A stretch of DNA of 64,000 nt from Mobula hypostoma (lineage: Eukaryota), in NCBI RefSeq assembly GCF_963921235.1, contig NC_086112.1, positions 38,688,001 to 38,752,000 on the forward strand, in the 5' to 3' direction. The notes under the pieces are model-generated. The model searched no databases. It had not been told where the DNA came from and saw only the letters and a list, made by a program, of their open reading frames with translations. Positions 39,330-51,215 of the stretch are shown here, piece after piece (position 1 is the first letter of the stretch; every line of letters begins with the position of its first letter). The translations under genes and the position numbers were made by a program.

Positions 39330-39802
39330 ACACTAAATGGACACTTCATTAGGTATTCCTGCTTTTTAATGCAAATATCTAATTGGCCAATCATGTGGCA
39401 GCAATTCAATGCATTAAAGCATTCAGACATGTTTTTCAGACCAAACATCAAACTGGGAAAGGAAAAGATTGCTGGTGCCAGATGGAGTGGTTTGACTATC
39501 CCAGAAACTGCTGATGTCCCGGGATTTTCATACTCAACAGAGCTTACAGAGAATGGTGCAAAAACCAAAAGCATTCAGTAAACGGCAGCTCTGTGGGCGA
39601 AATCACCTTGTTAATGAGAGAGGTCAGAGCGGAATGGCCAGACTGACTTAAGCTGACAGAAAGGCGATAGTAACTCCAATAACCACATGTTACAACACCA
39701 GTGTGTAGATTAGCATCTCTGAATGCATGACACAATCTACATAACTCTCAGCAGCCACCTTATTAGCTACATCCTGTAACTAATCAAATGACCACTGAGT
39801 GC
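39330..39802 (+). mobile_element. Tc1-derived non-autonomous element
   Basis: Similar to 24830-25365 (FRPNIK...GARWSGLTIPETAD); degenerate inverted ends cactaaatggacactt / aatgaccactgagtg. Confidence 0.7.
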
Positions 39803-40720
39803 ATCTTTCCAAATATTTTCATTGTAAACCACCCAAGACACAGAAATCAATGGCAAAACTTAATCGTTACACTAGCAGAGGAGTGACAAATGCAAGTTGC
39901 TTGGGAATTTTCTCAACCTTTCACACTGGCTGGTTTCAATTGAAACCGTATCTTCAAATTTGCTAAACTGACACTAAAGTGATAAAATAGGTAAATATGA
40001 CTGATGTATTGACAACTAAAATTGATATTCTATAAACAAACTAAAACAGAGATTATCAAAAACCTCTGTAAAGGGAGAAAAATCAGACTAAACTATATTA
40101 TATATCATTAACCTTGAGCTGCTGAGACCCATTCCAGTCAAACTTTGACAGCTTCCATTCCAATAATTATGCCTCACCTACGACTCACCAAACATGCCTA
40201 ATTTCCATTTTTCAGATTCCTCTTTTGATTTCAATTTGCATTTATATCAACACTGTAACAAAAATCAACAAAGATAATCTGTGTCAGTATATTAGACAGC
40301 TCTACACCATAGAAACCAAATGCATAGAAACCAACACTGAAGCCTTCGTTACACACGAATGACCTGCTTTGATAATGCCAGTGTTACTTTTCACTATGTA
40401 TAGCAGAACAAAATAGAAAATGTAAATACATTTTGCATTTCAGAAAAAAACAGGACCAGTACTCCAAGGTCAAATAAGCCAGGACTGTGCAAATGAGGTA
40501 ACACTGTTTTACCTTTAAACAACTGGTCTAACTTCATCATTCACTTCAGTGCACCCGAGCATCCACGTTGTGATTGCAATTGTAGAACAGAGCAAATTCA
40601 AAACCTTTATTAGCTCCAAAAAAATCTTGTCAAATATAAAATCTGACACTTGAGCTTTATTGCAAGGCATTCAGGTATCCAATTCTACAACCGACTGGTT
40701 CCCCCAAACGGTTAAATTGC

Positions 40721-40960
40721 AGACAACAGGAATTCTGCAGATGCTGGAAATTCAAGCAACACACATCAAAGTTGCTGGTGAACACAGCAGGCCAGGCAGC
40801 ATCTGTAGGAAGAGGTGCAGTCGACGTTTCAGGCCGAGACCCTTCATCAGGACTAACTGAAGGAAGAGTTAGAAGGGTCTCGGCCTGAAACGTCGACTGC
40901 ACCTCTTCCTTCAGATGCTGCCTGGCCTGCTGCGTTCACCAGAAACTTTGATGTGTGTTG
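40721..40960. mobile_element. Penelope inverted double-pLTR insertion
   Basis: Minus-strand pLTR with tail (40721-40869) joined to a plus-strand partial pLTR (40872-40960); arms 40757-40845 / 40872-40960 with 3 mismatches; TSD gttaaatWgc (40711-40720 / 40961-40970). Confidence 0.9.
40819..40854 (-). ncRNA. Minimal hammerhead ribozyme motif (sense to host pre-mRNA)
   Basis: Reverse complement agtcCTGATGAagggtctcggcctGAAAcgTCgact. Confidence 0.8.
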
Positions 40961-41310
40961 GTTAAATAGCACTTTATTTTTTGAAGGCATGCAATCAAAA
41001 CAAAAAAAAATCACAACAATGATTCACAAATGAGTACTTTAAAAATAAACCGGTCTGCACTGTCCACTTTCAAAGGTCCAGTTCTGAATGCAACCTTCAC
41101 AATACTAAAAATCTACAGCCTTTCAGCAGCTACAAAATGCTTGGAACCTGCTTGCTTTAGTAATGCTTGAGGAATGTGTACATTTTGCACTTGAGTTCCC
41201 TGATCCTTAATTGCTTTTTCAGCCCCAAATCTGTACTCAAATACTTTACAATAAAATCAAACCCTCTGTCCAAGAACGCTCACTCAATGAATTAGACACA
41301 TTATTGTTTC

Positions 41311-43220
41311 AAGCAACATACATCAAAGTTGCTGGTGAACGCAGCAGGCCAAGCAGCATCTATAGGAAGAGGTGCAGTCGACGTTTCAGGCCGAGACCCT
41401 TCATCAGGACTAACTGAACGAAGAGTGAGTAAGGGATTTGAAAGTTGGAGGGGGAGGGGGAGATCCAAAATGATAGGAGAAGACAGGAGGGGGAGGGATA
41501 GAGCCGAGAGCTGGACAGGTGATAGGCAAAAGGGGATACGAGAGGATCATGGGACAGGAGGTCCGGGAAGAAAGACAAGGAGGGGTGGGGTGACCCAGAG
41601 GATGGGCAAGAGGTATATTCAGAGGGACAGAGGGAGAAAAAGGAGAGTGAGAGAAAGAATGTGTGCATAAAAATGAGTAACAGATGGGGTACGAGGGGGA
41701 GGTGGGGCCTTAGCGGAAGTTAGAGAAGTCGATGTTCATGCCATCAGGTTGGAGGCTACCCAGACGGAATATAAGGTGTTGTTCCTCCAACCTGAGTGTG
41801 GCTTCATCTCCACAGTAGAGGAGGCCGTGGACAGACATGTCAGAATGGGAATGGGATGTGGAATTAAAATGTGTGGCCACTGGGAGATCCTGCTTTCTCT
41901 GGCGGACAGAGCGTAGATGTTCAGCAAAGTGCTCTCCCAGTCTGCGTCGGGTCTCACCAATATATAAAAGGCCACATCGGGAGCGCCGGACGCAGTATAT
42001 CACCCCAGTCGACTCACAGGTGAAGTGATGCCTCACCTGGAAGGACTGTTTGGGGCCCTGAATGGTGGTAAGGGAGGAAGTGTAAGGGCATGTGTAGCAC
42101 TTGTTCCGCTTACACGGATAAGTGCCAGGAGGGAGATCAGTGGGGAGGGATGGTGGGGACGAATGGACAAGGGAGTTGTGTAGGGAGCGATCCCTGCGGA
42201 ATGCAGAGAGAGGGGGGGAGGGAAAGATGTGCTTAGTGGTGGGATCCCGTTGGAGGTGGCGGAAGTTACGGAGAATAATATGTTGGACCTGGAGGCTGGT
42301 GGGGTGGTAGGTGAGGACCAGGGGAACCCTATTCCTAGTGGGGTGGTGGGAGGATGGAGAGAGAGCAGATGTACGTGAAATGGGGGAGATACGTTTAAGA
42401 GCAGAGTTGATAGTGGAGGAAGGGAAGCCCCTTTCTTTAAAAAAGGAAGACATCTCCCTCATCCTAGAATGAAAAGCCTCATCCTGAGAGCAGATGCGGC
42501 GGAGACGGAGGAATTACAAGAAGGGGATGGCGTTTTTGCAAGAGACAGGGTGAGAAGAGGAATAGTCCAGATAGCTGTGAGAGTCAGTAGGCTTATAGTA
42601 GACATCAGTGGATAGGCTGTCTCCAGAGACAGAGACAGAAAGATCTAAAAAGGGGAGGGAGGTGTCGGAAATGGACCAGGTAAACTTGAGGGCAGGGTGA
42701 AAGTTGGAGGCAAAGTTAATAAAGTCAACGAGTTCTGCATGCGTGCAGGAAGCAGCGCCAATGCAGTCGTCGATGTAGCGAAGGAAAAGTGGGGGACAGA
42801 TACCAGAATTGGCACGGAACATAGATTGTTCCACAAACCCAACAAGAAGGCAGGCATAGCTAGGACCCATACGGGTGCCCATAGCTACACCTTTAGTTTG
42901 GAGGAAATGGGAGGAGCCAAAGGAGAAATTATTAAGAGTAAGTACTAATTCCGCTAGACAGAGCAGAGTGGTGGTAGAGGGGAACTGATTAGGTCTGGAA
43001 TCCAAAAAGAAGCGTAGAGCTTTGAGACCTTCCTGATGGGGGATGGAAGTATATAAGGACTGGACATCCATGGTGAAAATAAAGCGGTGGGGGCCAGGGA
43101 ACTTAAAATCATCGAAAAGTTTAAGAGCGTGAGAAGTGTCACGAACATAGGTCGGAAGGGATTGAACAAGGGGTGATAAAACAGTGTCGAGGTATGCAGA
43201 AATGAGTTTGGTGGGGCAGG
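41311..43220 (-). mobile_element. Penelope-like retroelement, 5'-truncated, one nonsense mutation
   Basis: ORFs 42514-43233 (RT, RYIDD) and 41710-42462 (GIY-YIG) are in the same frame, split by a TAA at a Gln codon; pLTR 41311-41700; TSD ttattRtttc (41301-41310 / 43221-43230). Confidence 0.95.
41376..41411 (-). ncRNA. Minimal hammerhead ribozyme motif (sense to host pre-mRNA)
   Basis: Identical to the motif at 40819-40854. Confidence 0.8.
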
Positions 43221-43838
43221 TTATTATTTCCATATCTTCCAGCTTGAAGATTTGTTTAAAATGCCAGAAACAATCAGAAGAAATCCATCCTGTGAAATTT
43301 TTGGAGATATTTAATCAGCACCCTAAAGTTGTCATTTCTCTCATTTGATCTTTGTGGAAATTCACTATCCTTGACAGCAAGATGCGAAAGAAGCACCATA
43401 AAATTAAAGTGCAATCTATTGCAGATGTGATCTGCCTGCACAAAACATACATAAAAAATGGAAAAGCAGAGAAAGGGTGCCAGATCTACAGGATATAAAA
43501 CTCTACTAATACTAGGAATGTGTGGGGGAAAATACAGAACAGTAGAAAGTCAGCAGGTGAGCAGTACTTGAAAAGTTAGACACATAAATTATGTTTATAA
43601 CTTTTCATCAAAACTGGCCAGTTCTGGAAAAACTGGAAAAGATGGTTAGTTGAAATCTTTCAAGTGAATGTTAAGCCCCGAGAAGGGTAACTAATTTATT
43701 GGGAAAATGCTCTGAGGTGTGAAGCATTTACATTGTTCTCTTGGTTTCTTCATCTTTTAAAGATATTTTTGCTTCTATTACAAGTCTGATTTACACAATT
43801 TTTCTGCCATTAAATGACAGATTTATGTGGGTGGGTTA

Positions 43839-44678
43839 CAGTTAATTGGGAGACATAAGGACCAGTACATTTTGGCCCAATTAAGCAGCTGCCCCAATTA
43901 GCCAAAGTTTCATGGAAAATGTTTAAAATGTATTAAAAAAAAAGGCAAACTACCATTTAACTGAGTACCAAATTATGTAGTTAAATGAAATGCAGAAAAA
44001 ATTAGAACCCTATCAATACTACTACAGTACTATAAAACTGTGTATTAGTTCCTAATTGTTATTGACACTGGAATTCATCCAGTGTACCTATATGCTGCCT
44101 CATTCTTCTGGTTGACTGTAAGTGAACAAAGTCAGCACAGGCACCTAGTGCAGATAATGGACAGCCTTCATACAATGTTATCAATGACTGCATCCTCCAA
44201 ATTTCCATTTTCATTTTAACAATCCAGATGATTGTTGATACTTTCAAATTCCTCATAGTTTCTAACCTGCTGAAGTAGTGAAATAGTTTCATTTTCATTC
44301 CCAGCCGTTTATAGCATTTCCAAGCCTTAATACTTGACACTGCAGTTCTGAATTGTCTTACTGCTTATTTCTGGCCAACTATCAGTGACAAAATTCACTG
44401 CTTTTTGAATACAAGCACACAGAACTGATGCTATTTAGATGCTATTTAAAAACTGTTCACTCCAAGCACGACATAGTGTCAAGCAGTCACACAAGTGTGT
44501 GTCTCTGACACTAGTTAGAAACTGTTGTGCACCAGACTCCTGCCCAAATTAAGCAGCACAGTATCCCAAATGAAAGGAATCCCAGCTATCTTCTCAATTC
44601 AGTTTTTGTTCTTTAAGAGTTGTCCCAAATAAGCAGCTGCTGCGATTAACCGAAGACCCAATTAAATGGAATCCATTG
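43839..44678. mobile_element. Tigger/pogo-like non-autonomous element
   Basis: TA-flanked; subterminal repeats cccaattaagcagc; right end ggaatccattg|TA; acidic transposase C-terminal remnant (DLEDAVIDNIV) on the minus strand. Confidence 0.6.
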
Positions 44679-47600
44679 TATTTATGTCGTACAAGTACTG
44701 GATTTTAATTGTTTTGAAAGATTTATCTTCCACAGGAAGACAATCTATAATTTGTTCTTGCACTTCAATGTTGCAATCTCATTTTCCATCTTCCAATAAA
44801 CACCTGGTAGAAAGTTTCTTTCAATTTTACTTCACAGCACTTCTGCCAGTCAAGCATGCCTGTGAGAAAGCACCATCTGCAATATTGACGTACATAATGT
44901 TTGGAAACAAAAGATCAGAATTTTGCCATCCTACATATACACTCCAAATGTGGAGATAAGATTACAAGCAAAATGCATGTTCATCTAAATCCCCAGTCAA
45001 ATAAGTTGTTTTTGTTCACTTTATGTTTTAGATTAAGACCGCAGAAAACATGGTATGTAAACATTAAAGTCCAGCAAACGTTCTCAACCGGTATTCTCAG
45101 TGCATATCCATGAATCAAAAAAGATATTAAACAGGCACAAATTCTGTATAAACATTTTGAACTGACCAAACAAGATGTTTTCAGTTCCCATCAAATTCAT
45201 TAAACAAACTTTGATTATAAGGAGTAACAGTGGTTCAACTGAATTATTTCTTTCCACCACCACTCTCCCACATTCCTACCAAAATCAATTAAGTACTTCT
45301 GGTCGAAGTGTTACAGGTAGCAAACAAATGGGGGACAGGAAAGAAAGAAAAAGATCAGGGAAATCATAACATAAGCAGCAATGTAGATTATCTGAATATT
45401 AGTGATGGTTTACACAATTATGAAAATTGGCAAATTGCATAAACTGGTCTATGACCTTCACCACAATTGAAGGACTGAGCAAAAGCATTGTTTTTCTTAA
45501 TCTGAATACATATACATTAAAGACAGGAAGGTAATCAAACTCTAGGATATAGTCTCTTATATTGAAACATTTCAGACAAGTAATGTGACATAAAAGCAAC
45601 TTACCTTAAATTATTGAACACCCCAACCCCTACAACCAAATAAGTAGCACATACTCCAGAATAGTCTTAATATTATTCAGGTCTACCAAATTAGGAATAT
45701 TTAAATCGTATGGTGCTTTCATGACATCAGGAAAACCATTTTATTCAGCTTCTACCAATTTGAAAGAAAATGGATTCTTCCAGGTTATTGACCCAAATGT
45801 TGGGAGGTTTTTTTTTGTATTTTTTTAAAAACCAAACAGCAGGGTGATATAAAGATGGGCAAAATGTTACTCTTCTTTTGTTAGCAGTTCAGAAAGGACC
45901 TGTACTTCCCTAACGTTCACAACAGTGTATTGATTGCATTATGCAGATTAGCTCCGATACACCAGATCTCCCACTCACCAGGCCAGGACCGGAAAATGGG
46001 GTGCTGAAATAGGGTAGCGTCAATCGCAGTTTCCACTACCTTATGAAGCCCAAACCTCAATGCTGCACATCAAGACTCTGAACCAAGAAATGTACATAAC
46101 AGAAATTTCTTCATCAAGGGGGGTAAAGGATCTTATGCATTTCCTATCCTGAAGGGCTATGGAGGCTCAGTCACCGATTTCATTCAAAGCAAAGTTGGTT
46201 ATATTTCTGGACACTTGAGTAATCCAGGGATACCGGGATGAGGCAGGAAAACAGTGCTGTGATAGATCAGCCAGTCTTTCAGCATGGTGGTGGAGCAGCT
46301 TCAGAGGCCAAACAACATTTTCAAATAAGAGCAGAACTGGGTTACGGTTTCAAGGTAGAATAGTGAAGTGCGTGAAGCGCCATGAAATTTTAATCAGTAG
46401 TTTGGAATGGTTGGGATTTGAAAAGCATCGATTCAAATAGATGTATGCCAAAAATAAAAAGTAGCAGCTGAGTGAATAATGTTCTATTTTTTAAAAACAT
46501 CTCCTTTTTAGTGCATGAGAAGTAACAAAAGCTTTGTGCATCGTCACAAACAGTATCAGCGAATATCACCAATTAAGACAGGTAATTAACTTAACAGTAC
46601 TTCTACATTTTACAAACAAAAATCAAAACTTAACTGCAGATAAAAATGAACAATCCTATGCAATTAAGATGCCTGAAATATACAAAAGCTCCAGAAGTCT
46701 AACATGAACCTGTCTTCAATTCATCTGAACTGGCTTCTCATTGAAGCAGCATATATCAATCAATTGGAGAGACTGTTTGCCAAACAAAAATCCTTGTCCA
46801 ATTGACAAGTTAGATTAAAAAGAACTAAGAGATAGTGTACAAATGCTGGGGCAAAAAGATGCAACTTTTTTTTAAATCGCCACTATCAGTCGCAATTAAG
46901 AACAAATTGAATCAGATATTAATGCTCCCCAAAGTCATCCAGAGCCTGTTCACGATTTGGGATTTCTACAAGTCAATAACAGCAATTGTCTAATTTAATC
47001 ATGAGCATCTGAATCTGCTTTGCTGTTTAGCTCTCAGCAAGTTAAATTTCTCATCTTCATCATGAAATTGGATCCAAATTGGCAAAAAACCATTTGCAAT
47101 GTTCTAAAAGCAAGACCAAATAGGGAAAAATATTACATGGTTCACATTTACTTATTTTATGGATCTTGAACAGAATTTACATGAAAGAAACTTCAACATT
47201 AATCAGCGATTATTTTACTTGAATCAGAAATCAAAACAAAAGAGAACTCAGGAATTTAATAAAATCACTGTCCAATTAATTTGATCCTGATGAAATTCAG
47301 TCTCATAACATACTTCAGTATTCTTACTGACTCCCAAAGAGGCTGGCAAAGTGTAAAAATACATCACGCTTAGTGCTGTTTTGTTTCAGTTTCCATTAAT
47401 TTCCATTTCTAACATTTTCCTAACTTGCACATTCAAATATCATTTCTGAACAAGATATGGCTAAACAAAACAGTTCCTAGGGCCAAACTTCCTTCATTTT
47501 TTTTCCAATAACAGCTCCACTTGCAAATGAGCCTAATGACTCTTCACACCTATACAGGTCCTGTTACTCATTCTACTCTAAACTGACCAAGGCTTTGTTA

Positions 47601-47736
47601 CATTACTGAAACACAAACAGTCCTTAATGTTTGTCTTCATGTGAGGACACTGCAAGTATATATCTACCTTAACATTCAATGCTAAGTTAGTTATTTGCTC
47701 TGTATTAAATCTATAATTACAGCATTTTAGAAGGTA

Positions 47737-48356
47737 CGAGGGGTGATTGATAAATGCGTGGCCTAGGGTAGAAGGAGTCAATTTTACAAAACCTAGCACA
47801 TTTATTTTTCCTACATTTACACACTTAGTCCAGCAGTTGTGGCACATATGGATCCCTTCTTTGTAGAAGTCGGCGTCTTGGACCTCCAGAAAGTGGTCCA
47901 CAGCAGGAACGATTGATAAGTTCGTGGCCTATGGTAGAAGGAGCTGAGTTATTAACTTCGAACTTTCTGCATTTTCACTCAGAGCTGAAATGCACATGCA
48001 TGTAACAAGAGCTGTATAACTTATCTCCTTCTACCTTAGGCCACAAACTTATCAATCACCCTTGCTGTGGACCACCTGGAGGTCCAAGACGCTCTCGTTA
48101 CATGCACGTGCAGTTCAACTCTGAGTGAAAATGCATAAAGTTTGAAGTCAATAACTCATCTCCTTCTACCTTAGGCCACAAACCTATCAATCACCCCTGC
48201 CGTGGACCAATTCTACAAAGAAGGGATCGATATGCTCCACGACCGCTGGACTAAGTGTGTACATGTACGAGAGGACTATGTTGAAAAATAAATGTGCCAG
48301 GTTTTCTAAAATTGACTCCTTCTACCTTAGGCCATGAACTTATCAATCACCCCTCG
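47737..48356. mobile_element. Mariner-derived fold-back MITE
   Basis: TA|cgaggggtgattgata ... tatcaatcacccctcg|TA; both arms carry the mariner C-terminus FYKEGI.ML..RWTKCV; internal TIR copies. Confidence 0.88.
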
Positions 48357-49164
48357 TAATATGCTAGGCTGTTCATTATTGTACTTTTTTTTATGTTACT
48401 GTTAACGATATGACTGGGATTGTCCGTTCCCACCTTGTTCTTTTCTCATAACCTCATTGACAGCTGTGCAGGACCAGTTGAACTGAAGTCCTGGCTGCCT
48501 CACTTGGCATTGCTCAGAGCCATAAGCAGCGTATGATCGAGTCTTTTTCACTACCTGTAACCAGCCATTGCTAGAAAGATCAGTATACTTGCATATACAT
48601 ACTTGCATATACAGGTCCTGCCCACAAAGCGTGTCAAGCACCTGGGAGACCAGCAGTATGGATTTACCAGCTGCTGTAGTGAGCAGCCAACCTGGCATTG
48701 TACCACAGATCCCAAAGCCCTTCTTCCAGAAGCTCCGTGGTTTAGTGTCCGCCTTTTTCTGTCAAATGGACAATGAATTTTTTTAAAAAATTATTCTAAT
48801 ATTCAGAGATATATGAAACATTTTGACTTAACTAATCAAAAGTAAAATAAATTTATTTGAAATAATCTCAAAATACTAGAAATCAAGTAAAAACAAAAAC
48901 AAAAGCAAGGCTAACGTCTTTTAATCTGTGGAGTGTAAAGAATCACTGCTCAATCAGAACGTGTCATTTTTAAGGAAAAATATTAAAGCTGGCCATCCTT
49001 CTGAAGAAAGCCTACTGGACTTTTGACTATTTCAAAACAAAAATTACTCTTCCACCACGACTGCCTATCAATTAGGAATTAATGGAAGGTAATGATTGTT
49101 TTTGTGCATTCCAGCAACATTAATGGGAAAGTAGGTGGAAGTAAATGTATACTATTATTATAGT

Positions 49165-51215
49165 CATAGAAAACTACAGCACAAAAATAAGCCCTTTGGC
49201 CCATCTAGTCCATGCCAAACCATTTAAACTGCCCACTCCCATCAACCTGCACTGGGACCATAGCACTCCAAATCCGTACTATCCATGTACCTATCCAAAC
49301 TTCTCAAACTTTAAAATCGAGCTCTTATGCACCACTTGTGCTGGCAGCTCATTCCACACGCGCACGACCCTGAGTGAAGATGTTTTCATTCATGTCCCCC
49401 TTAAACATTTCACATTTTACCCTTAACCTATGATCTCTGCTTCTAGTCCCACCCAACCTCAGTGCAAAGAGCCTGCTTGCATTTACCTTATCTATACCCC
49501 TCATAGTCTTGCGTAACTCTATCAAATCTCCTTTCAATCTTCTAGTGGTGCTAGAAAGTTTGTGAACCCTGTAGAATTTTCTCTATTTCTGCATAAATAT
49601 AACCTAAAATGTGATCAGATCTTTATACAAGTCCTAAAACTAGATAAAGAGAACCCAATTAACACAAAAACATTATACTTGTTCATTTATTTATTTTGAA
49701 AAATGATCCAATATTACCTATATTTGTTGAAAAAAGTATGTGAACCTTTGCTTTCAGTAATTGGTGTGACCCCTTTGTACAGCAATAACTTCAACAGTTA
49801 CTGGAAACGTTTGGTTGATCAGCTCTCCACATCAGCCTGGAGAAATTTTAGGCCATTCATCCTTACAAAACTCTGGGATGTTTGTGGGCTTTCTTGCACG
49901 AACTGTTTGCTACAGATCTTTCCACAACATTTCTATCGGATTAAGGTCAGGACTTTGACTCAGCCATTCCAAAACACAAATTTTCTTCATTTTAATCCAC
50001 TCTGTTTTAGATTTACTCTTGTCTTCTGATCATTGTCTTGCTGCATTATCCAACTTCTATTAAGCTTCAGGTGATGGACTGCTACCCTGATAATCTCCAG
50101 TAATATGTTTTGATACAGTTTTGAATTCATTGTTCCCTCAACGACAGCAAGCTGTCCAAGCCCTGAGGCAGAAAGGCAGCCCAAAACCATAATGCCCTTC
50201 CACCATGCTTCACACTTGGGATGAGGTTTTGGTGTTGCTATGCAGTGCCCTTTCCCATCCAAAGATAGCAGTGTGCATTTCTGCCAATAAGATCAATTTT
50301 TATCTCATCTGTCCACACAGCATTGCCCCAGAAGTGCTGTAGAACATCCAGGTGGACTTTTGCAAACTTGAAACATGCAACAATGTTTTTTTGGAGAGGA
50401 GTGGTTTCCTCCATGGTGTCCTTCTATGAACACCGTTCTTGTTCAGTGTTTTTCTTATAGTGGACACATGAACAGACACTTTAGCAAGTTCGAGAAATTT
50501 TTGCTATTACCCTTGGGTCCTTTTTCACCTTCTTCAGCATTACACTTTGTGCTCTTGCAGGATTGCATCTTTGCAAGAAGCCCACTCCTAGGGAGAGCAG
50601 CAACAGTCCTAAGTTTCCTCTTTTTGTAGACAATTTCTCTTACTGTGGACTGATGAACACTTTAGAAATGCTTTTTGTGGCCTTTTCCAGCCTCATGCAT
50701 CTCTATAATTCTTCTAAAGGTCCTCTGAAAGTTGTTTTGATCAAGGCATGGTGCACGTAAACAGATCTTTCTTGAGAAAAGCAGACTCTGTCAGTAACTT
50801 GATTTTGTGTGTGTTTTTAATAGGGCAGGGCACCCCTACAACCCACACCTCCAACCCTCATCTCATTGATTGGAGCATCTGACTTCAAATAGCTTTTGGA
50901 GAAGGTATTACCGTAGAGGTTCACATACTTTTTCCAACAGATACATGTAATATTGGATATTTTTTCTCAATAAATAAATGAACAAGTTTAATGTTTTGAG
51001 TTATTTGTTTACTTGGGTTCTCTTTATCTAGTTTTAGGACTTGTGTAAAGATCTGATCATATTTAGGTCATATTTATACAGAAATAGAGAAAATTCTACA
51101 AAGTTCACAAAACTTTCTAGTACCACTGTATGTTTCAAGGAATAATGCTGTAATCTATTCAATCGTTCCTTATAACTCAGGTCCTCCAGACCCAGCAACA
51201 TCCTTGTAAATTATT
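49165..51215 (-). mobile_element. CR1 3' end (host of Tc1)
   Basis: KGDLIE..K.MRGIDKV (ORF 49349-49537); continues after 51130. Confidence 0.75.
49544..51128 (-). mobile_element. Second Tc1 IR/DR transposon, degraded
   Basis: Ends agtggtgctagaaagtttgtgaac / gttcacaaaactttctagtaccactg|TA; ~200-bp TIRs with inner repeat; peptide GTMNSKLYQNIL...WIMQQDND. Confidence 0.88.

Noticed and set aside
40872-40900. Sixth hammerhead on the plus strand
   Set aside because: It lacks the CUGA part of the core and the 5' strand of stem I.
47737-48356. CRISPR-like repeat array
   Set aside because: Repeats occur in both orientations, are mariner TIRs and are separated by non-unique sequence; the context is eukaryotic.
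48402-48786. ORF pair or possible RTE-related fragment
   Set aside because: No recognisable protein motif, splice pattern or element boundary; I cannot support a call.
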